Below, one piece after another: positions 12,397 through 23,552 of a stretch of 40,817 nt of DNA (its first letter is position 1; every line of letters begins with the position of its first letter). Both the position numbers and the translations under genes were made by a program. Below the pieces are notes generated by a model. The model was not told the DNA's origin. It saw nothing but the letters and a program-made list of their open reading frames with translations, and did not search any database. The stretch is taken from positions 1-40,817 of the forward strand of contig NIVC01001324.1 of assembly GCA_002269645.1 (NCBI GenBank), written 5' to 3'. This DNA is from Macrostomum lignano (Eukaryota).

Positions 12397-12965
12397 ACTA
12401 TGGCACCAGCTGGGGCTCCGTGTTCGGGCTGATCGGATCCGTGATCATTCTCAAGCTGTTTCTATTCATTCTGTGCCACAGGCTTGGCACTACATCAAGC
12501 ACTGGGGCCCTGGCTCTGGACCATCGCAACGACTGCGTATCCAACGCCACCGTGCTCATCATGACGGTGCTGTCGGCCTATGTCTGGCCCTACTTCGACG
12601 CGATTGGAGCTCTGGCCATCAGTGTCTATATTATTTACACCTGGGCGGAGACGCTGAAGCAGCAGATCCGGCTGCTAACGGGGTACACGGCCGATTCTGA
12701 ATACCTGAAGCAGATTATCTTTATCTGCGTCAATCATCACCCACTGATCCAGCAGCTGGAAACCGTGCGAGCATTTCACATTGGCAACAACTATCTGGTT
12801 GAGGTGGACATTGTTGTGCCAGGTGATTTAGCCCTGCGCGAGGCGCACGATATAGGCGAGAGTCTGCAGCGCAAACTGGAGCGCTTGGGCGGTGTAGAAC
12901 GGGCGTTTGTTCACGTGGATTACGAGTTCATGCACCACCCCAGCACTGAGCACAAGCAGGTGTGA
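12397..12965 (+). CDS. Mn-type CDF, last exon (TM4-TM6 and cytosolic dimerisation domain)
   Basis: Acceptor TTTGCAG (12395-96), phase 1. Encodes ALDHRNDC (TM5), WPYFDAIGA, EVDIVVP...EAHDIGESLQRKLE and VERAFVHVDYE, all typical of the MTP8-11 C-terminus. Stop TGA at 12963-65. The three exons total 1194 nt in frame. Confidence 0.95.
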
Positions 12966-13060
12966 CAAGGCCGCTAGTGACCCAGATTACATTTTTGTAT
13001 GATCTTTGACGGGAAATCTTGCAACAGATTTACTGTGTATTCGTATCTGAACTGCCTATT

Positions 13061-13125
<65 letters not shown>

Positions 13126-13126
13126 G

Positions 13127-13215
<89 letters not shown>

Positions 13216-13218
13216 TAG

Positions 13219-13255
<37 letters not shown>

Positions 13256-13258
13256 TAG

Positions 13259-13291
<33 letters not shown>

Positions 13292-13337
13292 TAGTGTCTG
13301 TCTGTCTGTCTGTCTGTCTGTCTTAGTGTCTGTCTTA

Positions 13338-13407
<70 letters not shown>

Positions 13408-13408
13408 A

Positions 13409-13481
<73 letters not shown>

Positions 13482-13518
13482 GGCTGTCTGTCTGTCTCTG
13501 GCTGGCTGTCTGTCTCTG
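13061..13518. repeat. (TCTG)n microsatellite, about 110 units with TTAG interruptions
   Basis: Directly visible. It accounts for the TDRQ and CLSV ORFs. Confidence 0.99.
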
Positions 13519-16229
13519 GCTTCATAACCGTATCCACAGCTAATTCGAAGTGTTTTAACTGACAAAGCTTGCTGATTGGACGACAATCTACGAGTACATG
13601 TACCTTCTACTTCAATAAAAATGCTTTGTTTTTGCATTTTCACAGATTTTCCCGTATGATATTTGTTATAGAAGTATCCTGCACTGCAGTTAAACAAGCT
13701 AGGACAGAATAGGACAGATGTCTGATGACTTTTTGCTAAGTTTTACATGTCTTACCAGGTAGAAAGAAATAACATGTACTGAAATTTATTTACTTTTTGT
13801 TTTTAGTGCAGTATTAGTCAATAATTCATTCGTTCATTTTTTAGCTTTTATTATTTTCCTTAGTTTAGCAAATCATTTTCTGTGTTTTCAGACCTAGTTT
13901 TCATAGCGTTTGTTTTTTATTATATTGTAAAAGATTGAAGGACACCACCAACATTTATAGTGGTAGGTCTGTGGAGCTTCATGTGCAAAGCTTTCAGAAT
14001 TCTGAGTTATGCCGTCAAACCTACACTTATCCGGAATAGTGAACAGCTTAGTCGGGTGCGACTAGCCAGGTGTGCTCCCTAGGCCTAGTGTCTTTTGGTT
14101 TTTCCATGTAGAAATTGCCCGGATCAAGATAGCAACAAAATTTATGCACGACACCAGCTTTAGGGACCTTCGCTTCCAACCTGCTAACAAAATAAACTGA
14201 CCGATTTTAGCGGACTGGCTGAAACGCAACCAAGATTTGAGAGTTCAAGTACTTCAAGAAAGTTCTTTTAAGCCTTTTTTCAAGAATCAGAGATTGAGCA
14301 CCAATGAATTGGAATTTGATCAACTCATTAGTTATACATGTGTAGAGTTAGACACCTTAGATTCGTCAAATCTGATACACTTATTGGGGGGGGATCATTT
14401 TCTTTGTCAGAAAGCCATTAAACACTTTAGCAAGGAAACTTCCAGGATAAGCATTCTGTTGAAAATTATCAATGAGGTGAATCGATCAATTCTTGGTAAA
14501 GGGATTGCCAGGTATTTGCAGATATTAAACGCTGTGCAAAGTGTAGCCAATCAGACCCGTTTACCACCAGCGCGGGAACACCGCAGTGAAAAATGTGTTT
14601 GCGATACACCTTTAGCGCTAACAATGTCTAGGCACAATCAAACCCGTCAACAGTGAACAGTTCGGGTGAGTAAGGGTAATGACTTGGATAAATCCACTCT
14701 GCATGATTGCTAGCCAAATAAAAAATCTAGGTATCATCAACATACCTACGGCTACATGCAGTAAAGGTCGGAGCACAGAGGATTCATCCACGTACATGTA
14801 CTGCTTTTCCCAATGAGCCATACATATATGCACAGATGCTGGCTATTTTAGGGTCGATATATAAAATTGTCTGCGCGGAGTTTGCCCGCCGAAGTTGCAT
14901 GGTCCGCGCGAATTTTTCCCACCGAGGCCATTGCTCGTCGAAGTTCACATGTGTAACCCACATTAATTTACATGTATTTAGCTGGTGATCTTCATTCTTA
15001 ATACATGTACATACATTTATGCAGCTATAATGCATGTCATCATGGCTTCTGTCATCGAGAACGCCAGTTTCATCTTGGTCATATATACCTGTACATGCAT
15101 GATATATTTGACAAAATCAATCAAGAAAAAGTATATATATTTTGGACTTGAATTTCCTTTAATCTGATGCACGACTGAACGTTTGCTATGACCAATGACC
15201 CATGCATGACCTTTGTGTCGACGCAGTAGCTTTATATCGTCCAGATGGGTTTTGCGCTTCCCTAGCTCGAAGTACTCCCCCCAGGTTAAGGTATTTTACG
15301 TCAGCATGTAGTAACCTTCGCGAAAGTTCTGCACATCGACAGAATCGACTATTCTCAGAGATTTTATTGGGATAGACTCGTTTCCAAAATTTAGACAGTG
15401 AAGTAGCTAAAAAAATTAATTAGTTTGCATTGCATTCATTGCAGGCTCGCAACCTTAACCGTGAAGTACTCATTTAAATAAATCTATCTATAATACCTTA
15501 TATCTTACAAAAAATACAAAAAAGTAAATTAATCCTAAATTTATTCTAAAAAATTATTTCAATGCATTTTTCCTAGCTTCACTAATCTGTAAAATTAATT
15601 TTGCATCTTTACAAGTTTAACAGACGTAAAAACGAACTGATTTCGGATTTATTCGGACACTGATTTGCATATATTGTGCAATATATTCCGTTTGCAGTGT
15701 AATCTGTAAGGAGTTATTTATTGTTTCAAAGAAAGCGTAACTTATCAAGTATTAACCATAAGTCATGGATATTGCATCAAGTAGTGGTGTTTCGATGTAA
15801 GTTGATTTTCAATTCTCTAGTTGTCTAGGGCCTAGTCTTGAACTAAAGTTAACTTTTATACTATAGTCTATAGTATACTAGGTAGGTATGCCATAGGTAC
15901 GCCTTGTATCTTAGACCATCCATATACTAAATCAAATTTAAATACTAATTTTGTGCTGTTTTATGTCTGTAATGGATTTTTGCAAGAACTGTCTTACCAA
16001 TTTTTTTAAATTCAGCCTAGGCCACCTAGTTTAAAAATTTAGGCATTTTTTGGTGGTCTTGTATAACTTTTTCAATAAAAATTCAAATGGGAAGTGGGTC
16101 ACAAAAAGTAGCACAAAATTTGGTATACATATCATGATTGCTTTAATCTTTGGTATAGGCCCTAAACTTCATGCTGTAAAAACATTATTTTTATACAATT
16201 GTTAAAAACTTGAAAACTATTTTCATTAT

Positions 16230-16969
16230 GATTTTAGCATGTTTGGACATCCCCAAAGCTACTAAAACAGTAAAATTAATAACTTTGTTTTCTAGTACTT
16301 TTTTCCATCTTCAGCAATTCCTAACAATTCCTAACGATTTGAAGTTTAAAGTTTCTGATTTCAGACTAGTGCAAAAATGTGGGAATTATGTTGTCAAAGT
16401 TGACAATTAACTAATAACTAATAATATAAGTGATGAGCAGGGTAGAAAAGAAATGAAGGGCCTAAGGTGCAAGTTGAACTTGTATTTAAACTAACATAGT
16501 AAATAGGTTAGCTGAAATATCTAATGTCCCAATTAATGGTTGGAATTGTCTGTGGGGAAGAGCATAGTAGACAAGTACAAGACTGAATTGCAGAACAAAA
16601 AGTACAAATATTTGGAGAATGGAAAATATGATACATGTTGTCTAATATGGCATTGATGCTTAAGAGTGTCTATGGCCCAAAGGGATGAGTTGGTTAGATT
16701 GAAGGGAAGTATGAGCACTCAGACTTATGTTCTTGCTGCTAAGTTCTTGCTAGGACCATTAACCATTAAGTCTATCAGCAGCATGCCAAGAGGCTATCCT
16801 GCAGCACTATCATTTATTGTACCAATTCACACCAATCCAAAATAAAAAACTTTGATTTTTGAATTGTTAAGAATCATTAGGAATTGCTAAAGATGGAAAA
16901 AGTACTAAAAAACAAAGTTGTTAATTTTATTGGTTTAATAGCTTTGGGATGTCCAAACATGCTAAAATC
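16230..16969. mobile_element. Foldback/MITE-like element with inverted arms of about 110-125 bp
   Basis: 16230-16350 (GATTTTAGCATGTTTGGACATCCCCAAAGCTA...) is the reverse complement of 16850-16969 (...TAGCTTTGGGATGTCCAAACATGCTAAAATC) with few mismatches. No target-site duplication (TSD) identified. Confidence 0.7.
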
Positions 16970-18162
16970 AGCTTTTCAAGAGGAGAAAATGCATAAAATA
17001 TTAAAAGTTGTTTAAGGAATGATTTGAGAAGAATGCCAAAATTTTTGGTATAAGAAACTAAAAAGTTTTGTTTTATGTTAAATAAGCAAATGTGCTTATT
17101 GCCTATTTTTCTTAAGATTTTAAAATCCTAGGCCTGTGTTATATATGCTTATATATACTTTGACAACTTGTTACCTTAAAACTTTTATGTACTTTTATTA
17201 TATTGAAATTTTATAATCTAAATCTCTAGATTGAAAAAAAGTATATTAATTCATTATAATGAAATAGGTGACAGTCATTATTATTTTGTTATAATGAAAT
17301 AATTTAATTATTATACTATAAATGCTACTATTGTAGAAAAGTTTAATAAAGTTATATAAAATTCAACTAAAATGACAATAAAAGCCTAAAATATAATATT
17401 ATTCTTGGTAAAGACTTTTCTTTCAGAGTACTTTTACTTTTATATACCTTTTAATATTATCTATCACTAGTATTAGCATAGCCTTTTATGTAATCATTTT
17501 TTTCTTATCAGTTTTAATAATATTTTAATAAATATTTTGATGTGTACTTTTTTTTCTAATATATAGAAAAGAAAGACTCCAAGCTAAACAGGCTCTAACA
17601 ATGCTTTTCCCAACCAAGGCAGATAAATGAAAATTGATACAATTAGCGTCTGCTTCATTAATTTGCAAATCTAATCATTTGCATTTTGCATAGCTGCCCT
17701 CAGTCATGCTTGACTATATTTTAGTCTCAGATTAATACAACAGCAAAGCTTAATTGATATTCTCTAGAATTGTTCCAAAACTAAAATTGGGGCACTGTTA
17801 AACAGAATTTATAGCATTCCATACTGAATGCTTTGCTTTTAAGAATTTATGAGGAAAATTTATAATTAAGTTATATAACTATTTTTTTAAAGCCTCTCAT
17901 TTGGTGTGAATTGAAATTCATCAAGCGAACAATTCTATAGAACAGTCAGTATTTGCTATTAGGCTGAGCATTAGTCACGTGACTAGCTGGCTTAGAGAAC
18001 AGCCTGGCACAGCATGACTGAGTGATCCAGCCAGCAAAAGAAGCATCGGCTAATCCCCTTCTGCCTCCCCACCTGCCCGCCATCTCTCGCCGCTGCCGCC
18101 GCCGCCGCTGCCGCAGGTCGTCCGCCAGTCTGGCCTCGTCTATAACCGACGCCGACGATCGC

Positions 18163-18741
18163 ATGTCGGTTTCGTCGAATTCGACACTCGACCCGCCAAG
18201 GCCACTCGGATTGGCCGCTATGCGTCGGCTGCGTCCTAGGCGACCGTTGCCAAGGCAACAACAGCAGCACCAGCAGCACCAAGGCGGTGGCGGAGGTGGC
18301 AGCGTCTACGGCAGGCCCGGCAAGCGCTGGAAGCGCCGCCAGGTGAACGAGGCCTACCTGCACAGCCTGGCGGCCGTGGCCGAGGTCACGGACGAAGACG
18401 TGTCCGGCTGTCCGTGGCCAGAGTCGCCTCTGTCCAGCCTGTTCCTAGACCCCGCCCAGATGCTGGCCTGGCGTCAGTTCAACGAATTAACGGACGAACA
18501 GCAGGCCGACTTTCTGGCCAAAGCCGGCGGCGACAAGGACGAGGAGGAGGAGCAGCTGGCGGAGGACGCCGAGCTGAAGGCGGTGCTGGTGCAGCCGGCC
18601 GGCGGGGTGGCCACCGCCGGCCAGGCCTGGAGCCGCCTGAGCGCCACCTGCCGGGACTTTGCGCTGCACCGAGCAACACCGGGTAGCCGCTTCCATGCCG
18701 AACTTGGCAGGCTGGAGACCGAGCTGCGGGACCTGTTCCAG
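18163..18741 (+). CDS. R3HDM4: R3H domain-containing protein 4-like, exon 1 (R3H-associated domain)
   Basis: GKRWKRRQVNEAYL, AWRQFNELTDEQQADFL and AWSRLS...LETELRDLF parallel R3HDM4 as recalled. Donor CAG|GTGAGC at 18742, phase 0. Start codon uncertain (ATG 18163, 18219 or further upstream). Confidence 0.75.
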
Positions 18742-18780
18742 GTGAGCCGGGAGTTACCAGTGGCTACGAGGTATCCATGG

Positions 18781-18940
18781 CTACTGATTGACAGGTGGGT
18801 GAGAGGGCAGGTGGCATGAGGTACTGATTGACAGGTGGCAGTGAGGGAGAGGTGGCATGAGAGGTACTGATTGACAGGTGGCAGTGAGAGGTACTGATTG
18901 ACAGGTGGCAGTGAGAGGTACTGATTGACAGGTGGCAGTA
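18781..18940. repeat. About 27-bp minisatellite (GAGGTACTGATTGACAGGTGGCAGTGA), about 5 copies, in the R3HDM4 intron
   Basis: Directly visible. Confidence 0.85.
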
Positions 18941-19016
18941 CTTGACACTGTACTTTATTTTCCGTCGCATAAATTTTACCTTTATACTTGATTCCAATTT
19001 TTAATTTTCAACAAAG

Positions 19017-19310
19017 GACGGCTGCGCGCCCTGGGCGGACTGGGTGAGCGGCCCTTTGGCGCCGTGCGACCGTCTCGTGGTGCACAGCGCCGCAGGCTAT
19101 CTGGGCCTCCAGTCGGCCTCTGAGGATGCTGAAAATGGGAGCACCAGCGGCGGCGGCACCGCGCGCTGTGTCTGCGTTCGGCGATGGCCGAATCGACCGT
19201 ACCGCCCCCCCGCTGGCAGCCTGACCGCCCACCTGGCCGTGCTGAGAGCGCGCCGGGAGCGCGCCGTCCTGATGATGTCCTCGCTCGAGAGCTTTAACAG
19301 CGCTAGATAG
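19017..19310 (+). CDS. R3HDM4: R3HDM4-like, exon 2 (R3H domain)
   Basis: Acceptor TTTTCAACAAAG (19015-16), phase 0. Encodes DRLVVHSAAGYLGLQSAS, containing the R-x3-H motif. Stop TAG at 19308-10. Confidence 0.8.
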   Translation, partial: DGCAPWADWVSGPLAPCDRLVVHSAAGYLGLQSASEDAENGSTSGGGTARCVCVRRWPNRPYRPPAGSLTAHLAVLRARRERAVLMMSSLESFNSAR

Positions 19311-19424
19311 GGTCTGGCTGGGTTGGAGCCGATGTGTGTGTGTGTTAGGGCTTCTCTGGCGCCATAACAGCAGGTTCCGCACGAAAATGAATTTGTAATA
19401 TATAGTGCTAAAATTGATTTGTAT

Positions 19425-19590
19425 TTTTGGCGCCTAGCAATAAATAGTTAGATTGGCGCCAAAAGGATTTAGTTAAATTGGCGCCAAGATGGTTTAGTTA
19501 GATAGGCGCCAAAATGATTTAGTTAGATTTGCGCAAAAATGATTTAGTTAGATTTGCGCAAAAATGATTTAGTTAATTAGATTAGCGTAA
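19425..19590. repeat. Degenerate repeat of about 25 bp (GGCGCCAAAATGATTTAGTTAGATT), about 6 copies
   Basis: Directly visible. Confidence 0.75.
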
Positions 19591-21053
19591 AAATAAATGA
19601 ATTGGATTTATTGATTAACGATGAAGTCCTATGTTACACATCGCAGATAATATTTTAACTGACTAAAGACTATCGGAATGGCACTCTTATCATTAATGTA
19701 TCGCACGCTACTCGTTTTCGCAGAGTTAGTTTTCTTTATGGAATTATTATGGTACTTTACAGTACAATATGTAATTTTAAAGCTGTGCTTGAATTTTAAT
19801 GTTCGGTTTGTTTTTGATTTTTAGTTTTGTTGGTTTTTAGTTGGCTGTTTGTGTTTTTTTAGCTTTGTTATTTAGCTACAACAATCCAAGTCAGAGCTAA
19901 CTGTATTTGTTTTAAATTTCTGCTAATTTATTCGTCAATAGAAAGTCCGAGTCAGACTACTAAGAGTAGCAAAAGTAAAAAATTGGGGCATGCCGCCTCT
20001 GCTTGTTGTCATCAAATACCTTAGTGATAGATTTCCTAAAGTACGTGTAATATAGTACTCTCAGTAGCTTATCGTACCAATACTAACGTACACCATCGAA
20101 CAGAGCCTGCTTCCTTTCATACTTTATCGGTGTTGGTGTGTACTAATTTTATAGTCATTAAGAAATAATGAACTCATACTCTGATGCTAATTAATGTTAA
20201 TATACGAGTAATTGGAATGCAATATGCCTATTAATTTGCGGTAATGTCGAACCCTTATGTAATCGAAAATCACGCACTGGACTGCTCATTATTTTTCCAT
20301 TGCTTTACTGGTTTTGTTGGCCAGTTATAGTAAGAGATCACCTACTGAAAAGTAGTAACCAAAGAATATTGTAGTTTTTGCAAGGTTGCGCAATAATTAT
20401 TAAAGAAAAGCTGCAAGCCTGTGCGTGTCCACAGGTGAAGTCCGGGCTTAGCGGCTATGCCCACGGCGTGTACATGCACATGTAGGTAGAATATAAACGG
20501 GAGAAATGCGGATTCTGTTTGCTAATTACACTACACTAGGGACACTACATGTAGGACAAATTCAGTTCATGTAAATGTACTTTTATAGAAGTGAAATCGC
20601 CATGATGCTGATGTTTTTTAATAACTGACTGCGCTTAATTTTGTTTTTGGCTAGCAGTTGATCTAGTACATGTAGGTACTGTAGCTTTCAGAGGCGATAT
20701 CAATTATAGGCTTTGTGCTGGCGGTTATCAGCACCAGAGCCTATTCGACCTGCACATTCCGATTGGTTTCTGCGACCTAATTAACAAATACAAGTCCGAT
20801 GTCAATCATAAAAGCTTTATTTATAGCACCTCCAACCAAATCGATAGATTTTTCAAACGCATTTTTTTCACAGTTGCGAATGAAAGCAGAAAATACATTA
20901 AAGTATCACCAGTCAATTTTCGAATCAACCTTGAAAAAAATGCTTTTAAATATCTGATGCGTGAGTCTGACAAAGGATTGTAGAGAAAACCACCACCACA
21001 GAGAGGGGGTGACTGCTTCAGCCAACTAAACAAACAATAGTTGTTCTATAAAG

Positions 21054-21195
21054 CAAGAGTCGGTAAACTTTTTTATCTCAAGGGCCAGACGAAGAATCCA
21101 GCTCATGGCGGCCAGATGAGAGAGGAAAGGAGAGGAAAGGCGAGGATCGACGAGAGGAGCTTGAGAGGAGAGGAGAGAGAAGAGCTGAGAGAGAC
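21054..21195 (+). mobile_element. Dispersed non-autonomous element, copy A, with a hAT-like terminus and purine-rich body
   Basis: Begins CAAGAGTCGGTAAACTTTTTT...AAGGGCCAGA, resembling hAT/Charlie-type ends. Shares ATCCAGCTCATGGC..GGCCAGATGAGAG...AGCTGAGA.GAGAC with the reverse complement of 40102-40263. Confidence 0.6.
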
Positions 21196-21340
21196 CTTAA
21201 GCCCTTGGCTCAAGGTGAAACTGACAGTTTATAATGCTGCTGATAAGTTCAAACTGGTTGCAACTGTAACAACCATTCACAACTACTGTATTGTCTCTGG
21301 AATCATTGCAGCTATGCAAGTAGCCCAGAGCACACCTGCT

Positions 21341-21984
21341 CTAGCAATAGCAGTCGTCTAAGCTGCGACTCAGACAGCGGGCAATGGAAGAGCCGGCATT
21401 CTTGAAAAAGGTGACGCCGAAAGCGAAATGCCAGCTGTCGCGGCCCAGCGCACCTTTGACGCTTGGCTTCCAAGTAGGCTGCTTCTCGCAGACGGGTCCC
21501 TCTTCTTCCTTGCTGTCGTTTTCTTTATCGCCGTCCGATTCGCTGTCGACGCTGGAGTCCCGCCTCCGACTTCGCGGCAGCAGAGCCAGCAGCTGCTGAC
21601 GGTGGATCTTCGAGTCCGTCGGCCCACGGTCGAGGACGCGGAATTCGCAGCCGTCAGCTTGGCCAGCCGAAGCGATCCATGATTGAATTTCGGTTAAGAC
21701 GGCGGACATTGCGGCTTCGCTTGGAACGGTTGGAGAGGCGGCACTGGCGGAGGCTGCCGGCTTCAGAATCAGGCGGTACTCCGGCGACCCGACCACACGG
21801 ACGGTCAGCTCGTGTCCGACAGCGGCAGCGGCGGCTTTGCCGGCTTTGAAAGCCGATTTTATTAGCTCGACACCCACTGGCGAATACAAGCAGGTCAGGT
21901 GGACCAGGCAGTGCAGCTCCCGGACTGAAATCCAGCGATGGAGGCTTTGGCAGTGCGGGAGAATTCGGTAGATATTCTGCGGCA
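21341..21984 (-). CDS. Divergent eIF2-alpha-like protein, last exon (C-terminal alpha/beta domain, acidic tail, extra extension)
   Basis: LTCLYSPVGVELIKSAFKAG...LTVRVVGSPEYRL...AMSAVLTEIQSWI...GCEFRV...SVDSESD parallels eIF2-alpha VACYGYEGIDAVKEALRAG...IKINLIAPPRYVM...VLSQAMAVIKEKI...GVFNV...EVDGDDD. Phase-1 acceptor TCCCCAG at 21986-85. Confidence 0.75.
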
Positions 21985-22074
21985 CTGGGGAACCCTTAAG
22001 GATGTGAGGTACGGAGTAAGATGCATGCAGGAACCATAAGTAGGTAATAAAGTCACGTGAGACACCAAAAGTAG

Positions 22075-22175
22075 GCAATAAACGCCAGGTGTGACACTAA
22101 ACGCCAAGTGAGGCACTAGAACGCCAGATGAAGCACTAAAAACACCAGATAAAGCACTAAAAACGCCAGGTAAGG
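22075..22175. repeat. Short degenerate repeat (CACTAAAAACGCCAGG-like), about 5 copies, in the eIF2-alpha-like intron
   Basis: Directly visible. Confidence 0.6.
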
Positions 22176-22241
22176 TACTTACCTGGTGAGCTTACTGTCT
22201 AAGATTCTATTTTACTATTTAACACCCGTACTTGGCCTTAC

Positions 22242-22630
22242 CCAAAGATTCTTTGGAAGCAGCAGCAACCTCAGCGGCATTCAAAGTCTCAGCCAAGCCG
22301 CTATTCCAGCTGTCGTTGAAGCGCCCGCTCTTCCCATAGAATAGCCGGCCAGCCAGCCTCTGAGCCTTGCGATTGATGGAGCGCGCAGCTAGAAACGCGT
22401 CTACAAACTGTTCGGGATTATCCAACCAGTGTCCGAGCTGCTGGAGTCTCAGCCATAGCCGCTTTGGCACTAGCGAGATTGGCGGATTGGCCAGGTACAA
22501 ACTGCGAGACAGCGCCAGCAGCTGCTCAATAGCCGAGGCTACGGCCGTAAGTGAGCCGCGAACCAGAGCCACTTTGGCCAATGTGAAAGCCACAGACTGG
22601 CTGCATTCGGTCATCAGTGCCAGAGGAGTG
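22242..22630 (-). CDS. eIF2-alpha-like protein, helical-domain exon
   Basis: Acceptor ATATTTCAG (22632-31, phase 2) and donor G|GTAAGG (22241, phase 1, matching the next exon). TECSQSVAFTLAK.LVRGSLTAVASAI and FVDAFLAA parallel [24 protein letters not shown] and AYDAFKHA. Confidence 0.65.
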
Positions 22631-23010
22631 CTGAAATATCATTTGCATGCCAAGCCGAGATTTTGAAAGCGAACCACGACCCGCAGAAACCTCTCCCATC
22701 TATGAATCAAAGAAATAAGAAAGGAAGAAAGGAGCATATGAGAAAGTTTTCCCGCAATCTTCGCTCCTAAATTCAGGCAGTCTGTAGTCCGTGAAACATG
22801 CAGCTTGTAGACAGCCACAGGCGATTGTTGAAGCTTCAAAAACTTTAAAAATGTCTAGAAAATTGTACTAGTTTTTTTCATTTTTCTACACGAACAAAAA
22901 CGCTAATTTTGGTACTGAAAAGAGTAGATGAGCGCATTCTTTGCGAGTGACACAACTGGTTATTAGATAGATACAAAGACGCTGACGAGTCAAAGACCCT
23001 TAGTGCTCAC

Positions 23011-23495
23011 ACGCTCGCGAAAAAGTTCAGAGGGACAGGGAGTGGCCTCAAGCGGGGTGAGGTGAATAGCCTGAAGGTCACTACCAGCAAAGGTCTTTAT
23101 TCTTTGTTAGAAACGTCTCAATGCGCGAATGTCCGCGACGGTATGGGTCGCATGGCGAATTGAGCACGACGACCGCTTGGGGGGGGGGGGTTTCATTTCC
23201 CTGCGTCTGTGGCTGGGTAGCACACGGCCAAGAATGATCTGGTTATTCTGGGGTTCAAAGCAGCGCCTTTTTAGGCCTCTTCGAGATGTCGGAACGTCAA
23301 GTGCTCGAGTCTGTTTCGACTGTAGGACCTGTGTCGATGCCTTCAACTTTAACACAATGAAAATGGACATCAAAGATCGCACTGCTCAGTGGTAAACGCG
23401 TCTGACTCGCGCCACAACACCTGGTTCGATTCCCCTGAGCGGCCGCATTCATTTGAGGATCGCGAACAAAAAACTGGCCGTGGGGGTGTACATGT
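23011..23495 (-). pseudogene. Disrupted segment with the end of KH2 and the S1-like domain of the eIF2-alpha-like protein; needs at least 2 frameshifts and contains a tRNA-like insert
   Basis: Three frames give consecutive pieces: IVLKLKASTQVLQSK..GLKRRCFEPQNNQIILGRV, then AVVVLNSPCDPYRRGHSRIETFLTKNKD after the G12 run (23179-90), then LLVVTFR...NFFASV up to donor GTGAGC at 23010 (phase 2). Assembly error cannot be told apart from real pseudogenisation here. Confidence 0.45.
23375..23447 (+). other. Decayed tRNA-like / SINE-head sequence
   Basis: A-box-like TGCTCAGTGGTA (23383) and B-box GGTTCGATTCC (about 23423) at tRNA-like spacing. The stems pair poorly, so it is not a functional tRNA. 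Confidence 0.45.
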
Positions 23496-23552
23496 CTGAC
23501 GATCGGGCAGAATCGATTCGATTTTGAACTAAGAAACTCCACATTTACTCAC

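Noticed and set aside
12974-13697. ORFs with TDRQ or CLSV repeats
   Set aside because: These are translations of the (TCTG)n microsatellite.
14237-14656. 139-aa ORF
   Set aside because: TTG start, no motif recognised and no supporting exon structure. It could be a decayed transposon fragment, but that is unsupported.
20708-20742. Imperfect hairpin AGGCTTTGTGCTG...CAGCACCAGAGCCT as a miRNA or SECIS
   Set aside because: Too short for a pre-miRNA and lacks the SECIS core quartet and apical AA.
21041-21682. Plus-strand ORFs 21041..21361, 21384..21599 and 21428..21682
   Set aside because: They overlap the repeat element or are antisense shadows of the GC-rich eIF2-alpha-like exon.
22639-22641. 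In-frame TGA between ORFs 22639..22839 and 22219..22614, suggesting selenocysteine or readthrough
   Set aside because: A strong TTTCAG acceptor lies just downstream (22632-31), so the TGA is most simply intronic. No SECIS was recognised.
23297-23542. Tudor domain (TDRKH/Papi-like KH-KH-Tudor) suggested by VRHVHPHGQFFVRD
   Set aside because: No aromatic-cage Tudor core follows. HPH fits the hnRNP K-type KH2 loop better, and the downstream part overlaps the antisense tRNA-like insert.
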